Below, in pieces: positions 13,042 to 25,507 of a DNA stretch of 64,000 nt. Source of the stretch: Heteronotia binoei (taxonomy: Eukaryota); contig NC_083223.1 of NCBI RefSeq assembly GCF_032191835.1, forward strand, positions 72,044,001 through 72,108,000, written 5' to 3'. The translations under genes and the position numbers were made by a program. The first letter of the stretch is position 1; each line of letters begins with the position of its first letter. The notes under the pieces were generated by a model, which was not told the DNA's origin, did no database searches, and saw only the letters and a list, made by a program, of their open reading frames with translations.

Positions 13042-13127
13042 GTTCGATTTATATCCCGCCCTACCCCACCAAGGCGGGCTCAGGGCTGTTGCCTACAACA
13101 TGCTAACTCAGCTTAGAGGGAACAATG
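12821..13127. mobile_element. hAT MITE (ca(g/a)tgttc(c/t)ctct...agagggaaca(c/a)tg) inserted in the old L2
   Basis: Exact 8-bp TSD ctggctgc (12813-12820 and 13128-13135); inverted sibling at 45299-45463. Confidence 0.8.
12987..13087 (-). repeat. (ATT)n microsatellite forming the tail of a short antisense L2-type 3' end
   Basis: About 18 ATT units followed by gatttatatcccgccctaccccaccaaggcgggctcagggc, the reverse complement of the L2 3' terminus. Confidence 0.8.
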
Positions 13128-13632
13128 CTGGCTGCTCATTTGTTTCTGGGCACAATTCAAAGTGCTGGTTCTTTCCTTTAATGGTCTAAAAAGCTTGGGG
13201 CCAGGGTGCTTGAAAGACCACCTCCTCCCATATTGTGCAGCCTATCAGTTAAGATCCACCTCACAAGCTTTGCTTCAGAGCTGAGACAGGCAGCAACCAG
13301 AGAGGGCTTTTTCAGACAAGGCACCAAACATATAGGGGTATGCAAAAGAAAAAAAATCAGGTTTTGTCTAATCCAGTTTTATCACTTTTAGTCACTTCAT
13401 GGCAATGATATTCTACCTACAAAATACTTAGCACATCAGGATACTGCAAGATGTGCCTTTTCACATTTTCCAGCTTTATGGCTGGTTTACAGCAGTTTTT
13501 GCAATACAGCATGTGACTTTTTGGAAAGCAACTACCATAATCTTTAGAAATGAACTTGTCCCAAAGACAAAGCTAGAAATAGAAATGCTCTGAGTTATTG
13601 CACCAAAATGTTTGTGCCGTAGTATACTACAG

Positions 13633-13768
13633 CAGGGGTGGCCAACAGTAGCTCTCCAGATGTTTTTTGCCTACAACACCTATCAGCCCCAGCCACAGGC
13701 CATGCTGGCTGGGGCTGATGGGAGTTGCAGGCAAAAAACATCTGGAGAGTTACTATTGGCCACCCCTG
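13633..13768. mobile_element. Near-perfect palindromic hAT MITE (caggggtggccaac...)
   Basis: ~136-bp hairpin; TSD tactacag/aactacag (7/8). A half copy lies at ~37020-37070. Confidence 0.85.
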
Positions 13769-15757
13769 AACTACAGTATACCTGAATATACTATAGTATA
13801 CTTGAGTATACTATTCAGGTGTGTATTTGTAAGCTGCAAACACTAGTCTTCTCAGAACAATAACTGCAACTCTTATAAGGCAGTGCAAGAATAGAAACAG
13901 CCATGTATAGTGGTCAGTATCAGCCTGCTATCTGGGATGTCTATGTTCAAAATCCCCACTCTATAAAGGAAATGCACTGGGTGAACTTGGTGTGGGCACA
14001 CACTCTCAGGCTAATCCACCTCATTGGCTTGTTTTTATTCCTCATCTAAATAACTAACATTGCTTTCCTACTGAGAAAGATTGGATCATGAGGGCATGAA
14101 TACAATGAAAAAGAGAAGGGGAACTCAGTTGCACTTAGGAGAGTCATAATATAATGAGCCGATAAAACACGCGTACACACAGCATAATGAGCCCAATAAA
14201 ATACACACACACTGTAGCAAGGAATACAAAAGTTCATACCTTGAATAAAACTTTGTTGGTCTTAAAGGTGCTTTGTATTTCTCCTGTGAGATTGAGGCAG
14301 CCAAGCAAAGGGGAGGAAGGCAAGAAAGGCTTGGTTTTGTCTCCTGTGGAAGGAAGAGGGGAAGGAGCCTCAACCAATGCAGAGAACAGAGACTTGCCTA
14401 TCTTATCTTTCCTGTGCAATTGAGACAGTCTGACAAAGCAAGCTGTGATGCAGCAGTAGCAGAACTGGAGAAGGAAGCAGGGGAGGCAGTTGCTCAAGGG
14501 TCAGATAGGAGCCCTAAGGGGGCTGAATGCAGCCTGCGGGCTGCATGTTTGACACCCCATTCTAAGCTTTGGCTTGCAACTTCCCAATAGATCCCAGTTA
14601 GACATAGAACAATGCAAAATTACTGTATTTATTTGAAAGGAAGATGAACTCCTCCACTAAAAATGTTATACACATGAGGATTTACAATGACCTCATCTTT
14701 TTTTAATAGCATACTTGGAAAAAAACTTAGTCTTGCATTTGAGTAAATAAATTTATGCGATTTTGACAACTAAGGAAGTAAGCACTGCTCTTTGGCCTGT
14801 TTTCCATTAAGCTATTGTAACTCCCAACAGCATTTTTAATAGCATTACATTTCTTTTTAAGCCAACACTTAAGAGGAGTGGGGGAGCCCAACTTGAAGCT
14901 TACAGTTACGTGAAGCAAATTGTGGCTGCAGTTCTGAATAATATTATACCACAGTAATTTCTCAAAACTAAATTGAACTTGATCTTGAGTGTAGGATTGG
15001 GACTCAAGGGCTCAAATACTTTTAGTCCTCTTTAGCATATGCCTGTCATTTTTCTCCTTTCAGAGTGGTCCTCACAGTTTTCCATCATTATCACCACCTT
15101 TCACTTCAGACATGGTTTGCACACAACTGATACTTCAGCAAGTAAATGTTAATGCTATTTTCATACCATCTGTTGTAAACTTCACCATTAATATGAGCCA
15201 CTGATGAACCTCATAAGAGATTCTCTCACCCACATGCTACTATCACTTTTGCTAAATAAATAAATCAAAAGTACCAAGTACCTGGATTTCTCAGGATACA
15301 CAAGGATGCCTGCTGCTAGACCTTTTCTCCTATTAGGAGAACACTATTTCACACTGATACAGTGGGCACATTTTTAACAGGAGAAGATAAATCAAGGTGT
15401 TGAGTAAATCCTTTATTATTATTGTTTCCTGATCCTGATGTGTTTTACCAATGGCTTTATTAGGGGACCTATGATTATAATAGTTAAAGAAATACACTAT
15501 GATTATTATAATTAAGGAAATACACTCATAAATTTAAAAAAAACATTCATAAAACATATATCAATACAATTCATTTAAAACAATTTATCTAAAAATTAAA
15601 AAAAACATAGGAACCTACAATCTGAAGAACTCTTTTAGAAATATAAGGTATTATTTTAAAGGATTCTATAATAATTTAATCCTAGGAAACTAGCAGCAAA
15701 ACAATTAATTGTTACATATTAATGAATAATGTATAATTGAACAGCTATTGTGCTTAC

Positions 15758-15823
15758 CTATTGTAGCATAAGTCTCCAGTCTCAAATATTACAGATGGGA
15801 ACAAGGTCAGGGGATTATATAAT
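15758..15823 (-). CDS. Candidate 66-nt symmetric exon (LYNPLTLFPSVIFETGDLCYN-R)
   Basis: Donor AG|gtaagc; acceptor ttttagcatcag|; open in phase 2-2; compatible with the 1444 exon. Confidence 0.35.
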
Positions 15824-15879
15824 CTGATGCTAAAACCAATGAAGCATATGGAATTCCATTATGCCACACTGAGTTAAGG

Positions 15880-16310
15880 CAGTTAAGATCTTCCTTTCAA
15901 ATCCTGTTCTTTGTCCCCTTGCCTGTAGAGGTAAGGTAGATCACAACCAGAGGCAGGGCTTTTTCAGTGATGGCACCCTACTTTTGAAATGCCTTCTCCC
16001 TTGAAGATTGCCTGGCATCTATTTTACTCTCATTCAGTCACAGAGATTAAAACATTTCTCTTTATCCAGGTTTTTAACTGAAGAGATTTCTTTTTTAGAG
16101 AACTTATAGTCTATTCGTAGCCTGAGGAATGGTTTATCAACATCATTTCAAACTGTTTTATGTGCTTTATACCCTGAATTGCCTTTATTGGCTGTTTTTT
16201 ATTGTAATATTTTATCTATTTTGTTATTTTTTTATTGATATGTTTGTATTGTTTTTACAGCTGTAGCTTTGCTCTGTTTTATAGTTTTAGTTCTAAGCTG
16301 CTTTGAGCAG
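15880..16310 (+). mobile_element. L2 3' fragment
   Basis: RGRAFSVMAP-type remnant followed by an AT-rich 3' UTR. Confidence 0.55.
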
Positions 16311-18034
16311 GTCTGGAATGGCAGTTTACAAATCATCTAACTAAAGAAATACACAAGAGTCAAACAAATGTACATTGGCACACCAGGAGAGTATAGTATA
16401 ATCTGCTATTGCACTTCTCAGTTCTTTAGTGCCTCTGCTTCTCATGCCAAACAGATGATCTATGCTGTAACCCACCCACCCCAACAGTACCAATTACATG
16501 TTTTCATAGCAATAGTAAGCACAGTTGGATTTATTAGAACCAACAAAAATCTCATAAAGGAGACAAGTACATCCAGACTTTGTTCAATAAAAAGAGTGTG
16601 GGGAGGGGAAATGAGGGATGTTATGGGGCATGTTGGAAAAACCACACAGTCTGTAACAGTCTTAAGATGGAGTACATCTTAATTGATTTAAGCAAAGAAG
16701 CGCCTCTCCAGTGGGCTGGCCCTGAATGCATCTCATTTGATTAAGTCAGCATAAATTGATCTGCAACACAATTTGACTAAAGACAGAGTGAACGCACTGC
16801 AAAATGAAAATGTGCCTCACTGTCAGATTTGTTTGACAAAAATAAATGCATTTTCATTTGGTGCATTTTGGTTTATTGATGCAAGATTTCAAGGAGTAGA
16901 GCAGGTGGCCCCTTGAAAGGCACCCTCATTGAGTTAAGCAAAGTCACAAATAATATGACACTGAAACTTAAGATTGTGAGTGCACATGGCTTATTAGTCA
17001 AAGCTGAATCTAAGTTAGTGGCAAATGGTGTTCTAAAGCCTTGATAATTTCTTGGAGAGAGAACAAAATTGTAAGATATCTGCCTTATATACCTATACAA
17101 ACATCTTTGCTTAGGATAATGTATCCCAGCTGCATGTATTGAATAGGGAATTCAGAAGGAAAAACGATCTAAAAACCTTAATTATAATTCTGTTATGGCA
17201 GTAACTGTGTATACTTACAACCACAATGAGAGAGAAAGGAACTGATATCAATAGCTACATTTACTCATGGCATGCAGTGAACAAAGTTTCAGCATACTAG
17301 CACTCACTGCAGACACTTTCCTATGAGGCAAAAATGACTAAGCAACTAAGCTATTTAGTACGCTGGGAGTATAAATTTAAAGATAAACTGACTTTGGGGA
17401 CATAATTCATGACTTCATAATGAAAAGGCCAGAAAAAAATAAAGCTTTAAAATCAAATGATCTATTTATAAAGTGTTTATAGCTATATTGGTCTATTTGA
17501 ATAATAAAAAAGCAAAACATCAACAGAATAATATCTTAGGGCCAATCAAAATGTCACCATATACTCAGCAAGTTTTGTAGGACTCTTCTTCAGGCAGAAT
17601 GTTATGTTCAAGGTCATCATAGGGGAAGTGGTGGAGAATTCAGCAGGGAGAAAACCTGAACTGCCAAGCTAGAAACCAGTTCATCTTGGCTTGCCTGGGA
17701 CACCTGCTCAGAGTGATGCTTCACCCACACAGCAGTGGGAGGAGGAAAGCCACAAATGCTCCACTTGGACAGCTCCAGAGGAGCGCTCTTCTGGCGGCTC
17801 CTTTTATTTCTTGTGGGTGAAGCTTGGTTAAACTGGGAAGTAGTAGAACTCCCAGGAACAAAACCTGAACTGCTGAGTGAGGAGCCAGTTCATCTCAGCT
17901 TGCCCAGGATGCCTGCATAGTGTGATGCCTCCCCATACCTGGTGCGCAGCAGTAAAAGAGGAAAGGTCACAAATGCTCCACCTGGATGGCTTCAGGGAAG
18001 CTCTCTTCTGGGATTCCTTCTATTATATGCAGCC

Positions 18035-18217
18035 CAGGGCTTTTTTTGTAGCAGGAACTTCTTTGCATATTAGGTCACACACCCCTGATATAGCCAATCC
18101 TCCAGGAGATTACAGGGCTCTTAGTACCAGGGCCTACTGTAAGCTCCAGGAGCATTGGCTACATCAGGGGTGTGTGGCCTAATATGCAAAGGAGTTCCTG
18201 CTACAAAAAAAGCCCTG
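18035..18217. mobile_element. Palindromic hAT MITE (183 bp)
   Basis: ~70-bp TIRs; exact 8-bp TSD atgcagcc (18027-18034 and 18218-18225). Confidence 0.92.
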
Positions 18218-18677
18218 ATGCAGCCACAATGCTTGCTGTGGACAATGCCATAAAGGCACGGACTGACGACTGGACTGCTTGTTTTTCTCCTCTTCTTCTA
18301 AAGTGATTGAAAGCCCCTCTTTGTTTTTCGGAGAATAGTTGATACTGCAGGTAATCTGATTAAGTGATGTTAACTAAATTGTAAGTCTGATGAAGGACAG
18401 ATGACCCATTTTTTTAAAAAAAACAAAAACAACTGAAGTAGTAACTGCTAGATTCTGATTGTGAGATAATAGAGAGCAGATAATAGAGAGAGTAGGTAAT
18501 AAAGAGATTTTTTTTTGTCAGGGTAAAATGCCAAAGGGAAACATTCTTCTGGGCAAGTGACAGCACAACTCGGGGTGTTCAAAAGGCTTTTAAAACATTC
18601 CATTCTTGTGCAAAGTGCTCAAGCAGGTGGTGGCTACACAGCTTCAGGCAGGTTTGGAGGAGATGAATTATCTAGAC

Positions 18678-18988
18678 CAGGGGTGGCCAAACTGCAGCTC
18701 AGAAGCCACATGTGGCTCTTTCACACATATTGTGTGGCTCAAAGCACTCACTGCCCTGTTGGCTGGCTTCAAGAAAGCATTTGTCTCTTTAAATAACTTC
18801 TCTAAGCCGAGTCAGCCAGTACTAAGAGAGTACATTTAATGTTAAAGTTGCTTTCTTTCCACTTCTCTCCCCCCCATCTATTTGTCTTCCTTCCTTCCTT
18901 CCTTTCTGCTCTCAAACATTTTGTGGCTCTCAAACATCTAACGTTTATTCTATTTGGCTCTTATATTAAGCAAGTTTGGCAACCCCTG
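18678..18988. mobile_element. hAT (Charlie-like) MITE
   Basis: TIRs cagggtggccaaac / gtttggcaacccctg; TSD atctagac/atctaggc, which fits the NTCTAGAN preference of Charlie elements. Confidence 0.8.
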
Positions 18989-19809
18989 ATCTAGGCCTAT
19001 TTCAGTCTGGATTTAGGCCTGGCTTTGGGACAGAAATGGCCTTGGTTTCTCTGACTGATGACTTTTGCAGGGGATGCATCTCTGTTGGTTTTCCTGAACC
19101 TTTCAGTGGCTTTTGATACTATTGACCACAGTAAGGGATTGGCATGAAGCAGCTCACAAACTAATTTTAGGCAGTTTGTGATTCACAACCTGAAGTTCAA
19201 GGCACGAACTTTCAAGCTGTTTGTGGAGGTTCATACCAGTTCATAAATGGATACATTTCCAGACATACTGTCTCCATTCAAACAAAACGTTTACTGAACA
19301 ACAAAGCAATGGGGGGGGGAGCAGAATTCTCCATCCTTGAAAGCACTGTTGTCACTTTCAAACTAGTCATGTCAAGAGGCTTCCCCTGCCCACTCTTTGC
19401 CCAGGTCCTTTTGTGTGTTCACTTCCCCCTTTCTTGCACAGAGCTTTCAAGTATCAGCCGCCTTGCTTGGATTTGTAACTCTGTGCTTTAAGATCAGTCC
19501 TTTTAAGCTTGCAATGCCAGTGGCACTGGGTCCTGCTGGGCACTCTGTGACTGCCTAGGTACTGCTGAGTACTCTGTATATTGTATTGGTTCTTGCAAAG
19601 ATGAGCTTGCCTCCCTTGCTTGGATTGTGATTGAGCGGGCATTGTTACATCAGCACTAGGTTCTGCTGGGCATTAGTACATTGTACTGGTTCTGCTGGGC
19701 TTGCAATTTCCCCTTCCTTGGACTGTGCTTGACGTCAGTCCTGTTGAGCTTGCACTGCTACAATGGCATTGGGTTCTGCTGTGCAATAGTACACTGCACT
19801 GGGCCCAGG

Positions 19810-20360
19810 TGTCTCCAATATGTGGATGGCACCCAGTTCTTTTTCTCCATAATGTCTAAGCCAGGTGTGTTTGTGAATGTCCTGAATAGGTGCCTAGAGA
19901 GATGGATAAGGGCCAGAAAACTGCAGCTCAGTCAGACAAATCTGAGGTGTTACTAGTTAATGGAGAATCTGTTTGGGGACTGTGGAGTCAGCCTGTCCTG
20001 GAGGGGGCTGCACTCCCCTTTAAGAAGCAGGTTTAATGGAACTTAGTCTATAGCTGGAGGGTCAGGGTTCCTCTCTGGCATGGAGCATCTTTTATCAGCT
20101 CCATCCGTGTCACCAGCTATGGCCATTCCATGAAAAGTTTGATATGGCCACAGTTACCCATGTTTTGATCAATCCAGCTTTGATCACAGTAATATGTTTT
20201 GTGTGGGGCTGCCTTTAAAAATGGTTCAGAAACTTCAGTTGGTCCAAAATGCTGTGGCTGGTTACAGGAATTGTATCATCGTGTGCTGAAAGATCCGCAT
20301 TGGTCACCCATCTGCTTTCCTGGCACAATGCAAAGACCTAATTCTTCTAAGATAAGACAG
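19810..20360 (+). mobile_element. Decayed L2 RT/C-terminal fragment
   Basis: YVDGTQFFF (YADDTQLYF-like) and KLQLVQNAVA motifs. Confidence 0.7.
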
Positions 20361-23056
20361 TCCAGGGGCACAGAACTGGACCATGATGCAGGCTGGTGGG
20401 GCTTTTTTCCTGCTTTTGCACCCTGGGGTGTAAAAGCAGGAAAAAAAATCTCCCCCCATGCACCTCTCAGAGTCTCTGAGAGGCACAGGCCAGTGGGGCT
20501 TTCTTCCTGGGGTGCAAAAGCAGGAAAAAGATCTCCCCCTTGCAACTATTGGAGTAGTGGTGAGTGGCGGGGCAACCTCTTCTCTGGGGTTGGGCTGCAG
20601 CAGCAGCCTAATCTCTATATTTTATCCTATGGGCCCATTCTATCCTATGGGCCCACAGGATAAAATGGAGAGATCAAGCTGCTGCAGCATGATGCAAGAG
20701 ACGAGGTTTTAAACTTGAAACCTCTTCTCTGGAGTCACACTACAACAGTGGCCTGATTTCTCCATTCTATCCTATGGCCCGTAGGTTATCAGTGTGTATG
20801 TGCGTGCAAGTAGTTAGCCTTGTCTAGGGTTCCAAACAAACTAGGTTCAGCCCTGCCTCCGTGCCATATAAACCTCCCTACCAGTTATGATCTTCTGCAG
20901 AGATTCAGCTTTGTATGTTTCCATCTTTTGAAGTAGAGTGGTTAACCACAAAAGAGATCCTTTTCTGATGTGGCCACATACTTTCAGAATTCCTTCCCTG
21001 CACTAATTTGCTTGGAGCTGTTAAGTTTTCGCCATAGTGAACAAGGTCTAACAAAAAGTATTGGGAGGTTCTAAGCCAAACATCCTCCTCCAATGGAAGC
21101 AACTGTTTCTGAACATACTGTAAGTTGCTTGAAGGCACAAAAACTATGCTTCTTCGACCTTTTGGAAGCACCCTGCTTCAATGAGGTGGAGAAAGGCCAG
21201 GATTAGCTCTTTCTTTATGGAAGAGATGCTTTAGGTACGAAGAAAGTGGACTTTAGGGAACATAGATCTAGAGACTACGTTACCCAGGAGTGCCATATTG
21301 GGGAAATTACTGATCAATCTAAACCCATGCTCTACACTGAGGCCAAATGAATGAAGAACAAGAATGGCCTGCAAAAATATAACAAAGCCTGCTTGTTGCA
21401 TTTTCTTTTTAAGGTCAGAACTCATCTATAACCCTAATAGATGAGATATCTTATGGGGGGGATTATTTGGGGTCTTACCCATTCCCTCCCTTCTCCAAAA
21501 CCCTGCCATTGAGAGTTTATCAAAAATGAACTGCTGCAACCATTTTCCAAATCTCATCAACAATGCAGTGATGTTCTTCAATGCATCTGTTAGCAGCAGC
21601 AGCTAAATTGCTATTATTCCCAAGGCAAGGTTAACATTAATGCTGAACAAAGACATTTGATGAAGAGTTGATATGTGGAGGCTGTATTGTTAACTGAAAT
21701 GAGCACATCCATTTCAGCTCCATTTAACAGGGAGACTGAGAAAGAAAAGCATTTATAAGGACCTAGTCTTCTCTTGTTTGAAGCACTGGCAAACCCTAAC
21801 ACAATAGAAAAGGACTGCTGTGATCTTAAACAAGGACGAATATGAAGCAAGACTGTTAAGCATGTTTGTAACAAATCTGCATTCTACCTAAGTACACCCA
21901 TTTGAGCCATCAAATCAAATCAAGGCCTTTTGTGAAAAGATCTTTATGCTGTATCTGCCTAATTTGGCTTGTGTAGCACTACACATTGAGGACAACAAAC
22001 TCCACTTTTCACAAGATCTCTCTTAAAGGGCACCTCTTTTCACAAGATCTCTCAAAGCTGCAACTGAAGGGAATAAGTATATAGGGAACAGATGATTAAA
22101 AACCAATACTATATTGAACCTGAACTTTTAACTGAAAGGGTTTGTTTTATTTTTACGTCATTTCAACAGCTAGTGCATCTTAAAGCCAAGAGAGAATGTT
22201 AAGAAATAAAGAATGCAAATAGGAAACAAGATTGCATACAGAAATTTGCCTTTGGACTTTCATCACTTTATTTTGTCATCTGAGCTATAGAAGATTAGAG
22301 AACTGTCTGCATAAACACTGGCTAAGAAGTACTTCGTGAGAGGGAATCAGTAGGCAATACCAGCTGTTCCCAAGAAAATGCCTCTGTCAGCAGACTCAGA
22401 CTGTATATGGCCAGTGCTCAGAAACTTTGTGTCAGCAGCTGTATATGCTAGTCTGTCAGCATTTCTATCCTATCCCATACACAAAAATGTATATTATTTA
22501 ATTATGTCAAAGGCAGAGAAGGAGATTTTGATAACTGAGCCTGGAAATAAGGTTGTCTTCTGGGAGTAATTCCTGTCAGACACAACTGAAATGAGGATAT
22601 TCCTTATGAACTATATGAGGTCTTCCTTGGAAACAAGCTACACTGCACCTTGCAGCACAACACACTATGCACTTAAAAAAAGAAATACATTTGCCAGTTA
22701 TGTTCAATAGCTTTTGGAACAAGAGTTTAAAAAAAACTTTTAAAACAACTTAAAGAAGTGTCTGAGTGTTGCCTGTTCATTTGTAAAGGGACTAGCATTT
22801 GTTGTCTTGTGTAAAGACAGCTAAAGCATTTTGTGACATATTAAAGACTAACTAATTTGTTTAGCAATACCACTACCATTTGCTCTCAGTATTTCTTTTT
22901 CTCAAATGGCTTTTCTACTGTGGTACTTTACAAAATGTTATTGGTACTGCTTTTTATTTCTGGTCTTTTCAAAAAGAGCTACCAAAGAACTGCAAGTGTT
23001 ACTTAGCTTTTTGGTGTTTTGCCATTGTATGGAATCTGTCTCTGGGACTGCATGTT

Positions 23057-23070
23057 GTTACCTAGGCAAC
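23057..23070. promoter_or_regulatory. RFX X-box-like motif GTTACCTAGGCAAC
   Basis: Matches GTNRCC(N0-3)RGYAAC in unique-looking sequence; function unproven. Confidence 0.35.
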
Positions 23071-24748
23071 TGCAGTTAAGTAAGAACTGAACAGGCTGTG
23101 CTGTTACAATTAGACTGCTTGGAAGAAGTCACTGTTGTTGATAAGTACAGGTGATGCAAATAATATTAAGACTGACAGCTTCTATTCATTATTTTTGCAA
23201 TTATTGGTCTGAGCAGTTTTCACACTCCTTACCATTAGAAAGGCTTCTTTTAATTTGCTTGTTTAATATGCATTCATGTGCACATTATTTTTCCTGATGG
23301 GTTGTGCTAGGATAAACATGTAAGTTAGTAGCTATAACATATAACCAGCACATTACCCACAATGAAAATACCTGAATGAACACTTTTTCTCCCTTTATGG
23401 CCAGTGGCCTGCATATCTATGGGACCCCCTCTCCTCATATGAGCCCCTCCCCGGGTTCTGAGGTCTGCTTCACAACATCTTCTTGGGGTCCCTGGGCCTA
23501 AGGATGCGGGACTGGCTTCAACAAGGACCAGGGCCTGGACTTCCGGGGGAGGAAAATGTCGAGCTGAGCTGTCTCTCATAATGGGAGCAGGCTGGAACTT
23601 CTGTTCGGGGTAGTGGAAGGCAAATTAATGCCTACTGCCTACTTTTCTCTGTTAGAGAATAGTCCAAGACATGCACGGAAAACTTTGAAGAGATTTACCT
23701 TGGCTTAAAGGGAGCCCTGAAGGGGGTCTTCTTTGAGGCTTTTAGGGGTCTCAGGGGAAGTTGCATAGTCATCGTCTGCAGAAGTGCCCAGAGTCATTTA
23801 TTTGACATAAGCTCGTCAGGATCCTAACCTTCTTGGACATTGCTAAGCATCTAAAGCTTTGAAAGACCAGTGGAAACTTGGATAATTGGAAGAAAAGGTA
23901 CAGAAGTTGTTTTTTTTCATTCCGGAGCTATCTATAGCTTAAAGGGACAAAAATAAAAGTTGGGAAAAGGAAATATAGAGAGCTTGTAAGAAGAGGGTGA
24001 AATTTGGACTTTATAAATATAAAGGACAGTGTTAAAAACTGCTAAAAAGTGAGAAGGAATTTATTGTTTTGTCTACTTGCGGTGTGGAAGTAAAAGCAAC
24101 ATCGTCATACTGGAACAGACCTGCAGCACATCTGAGCAAGACAGGAAATACGTCAAGTATCGTGAGATCTCCTTGTGAGTTGGTGGCAACAACAACAGGA
24201 AGCAGTAGAAAGAAAACCTACTCTAGCAATATATACCATTGAGAAACATCGGCGGCCATTGCTGGGAGGCTAAATTAAAAATATTGTTTTTAAAAGAATT
24301 CGGGACATTAAAAGGAATCAACTGAAAAGAGGGTAAGAAGATAAGTACTATTGGTCACATTTCCTGTGGGCTCCTAGGAAATTTTAAAAAAGAAAGAGAA
24401 ATTTTAAGTAGTAGTAAAAAGTTGCGCCCGCCATTCTGGAAATTTTAAAGACTTTTAAAATAAATATCTGGACTTTGGGGGCTCAGAGGACAGCGAAATT
24501 GGGCTTGTCATAAAGGGCAAGTCCTAATCTTTTGAACATGATAGTCAGATTGAAAATTGGTGAGGTCAAAAATTTCATCATTTTTTGAAGGTTTTAAAAT
24601 TTTTAAAAATTCATATCTTGGCCTAGGAAGCTCAGAGGAAGATGAAATAAAGCTTATTATAAAAGGCAAGCCAAAATCTTTTGAACCTGATAGTTAAATT
24701 TGAAATCTGTGAGATTAAAATTTTTGGTATTTTTGGTTTTTTCTCTAA

Positions 24749-25507
24749 ATGTCTGAAGCCAAGCAGACCCGACAAAGGGCTCTTTCATTAAAGAAAATGC
24801 AGGAACAATTGGATGCCATGGAAGCCTGAATAATGAAAGGAGTTAGAAAGATGATAGATGAATCAAAAGAAGAAATTATTGCAGAGATGAAAAAAGATAT
24901 GGAAGATCTCAAAAAGGAGACTGGGAAAACAGTTAAGAAAGTGCAGGAGGTAGAAGGAAAAATGAAAGTATATGATACCACCTTGTTGAAAATTCAAGAA
25001 AAAGTGACAAATCATGACTGCAAATTGATGGAAACTCAGATACGTCTGAGAGGAGTACCTGAAGTGGAGGATGGTGATTTGAAAGGAATATATATAATAA
25101 AAATAATTGCAGAATTCCTAGAAGAAGACCCTGATGAGACCAAAAATATGTATGACTATATGTACAGAGTGAATTCACTTTTTGCCAAGAAAAACAACCT
25201 ACCAAGAGATGTTGTTATAAGATATATGACAAAGGAAATGGTGGGAAGGATCATGAATAAAAATTTTGAAAAGACATTGATAGTGGGTAGCAGTAAAGTG
25301 AGAATCATGAAGGAGTTGTCAAGGCAAGTGATAAATGATAGGAGAACATATAAAAAGCTGACAGAAAAATTGAGAGACAATGGCACGAGGTTTAGATGGA
25401 TAATACCTGAAGGCTTGAGCTTTGAACTCCAGGGGAAAAGAGTCACAATTACAAATGCGCAGGAGTTGCGTAGATTTTTTGAAGAAAATAAAAAGTTTGA
25501 ACCATGA
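24749..25507 (+). pseudogene. L1 ORF1p (coiled coil plus RRM/CTD-like region) with one premature stop
   Basis: ATG at 24749 (MSEAKQTRQR...); TGA at 24827-24829; then an open 224-aa frame with coiled-coil heptads, IRLRGVPE and RWIIPEGL motifs. Confidence 0.85.

Larger units (their letters stand above)
10790..13270 (+). mobile_element. Old, heavily decayed L2 LINE ORF2, interrupted by later insertions
   Basis: Remnant motifs APWFT, HFADKI, LDPTDLNNY, LILLD and DDTQLYFS, with many stops and frameshifts. Confidence 0.75.

Noticed and set aside
21760-21900. Possible Penelope RT remnant (AVILNKDEYEARLLSM)
   Set aside because: A single short motif with no flanking RT or GIY-YIG motifs readable; too weak to call.
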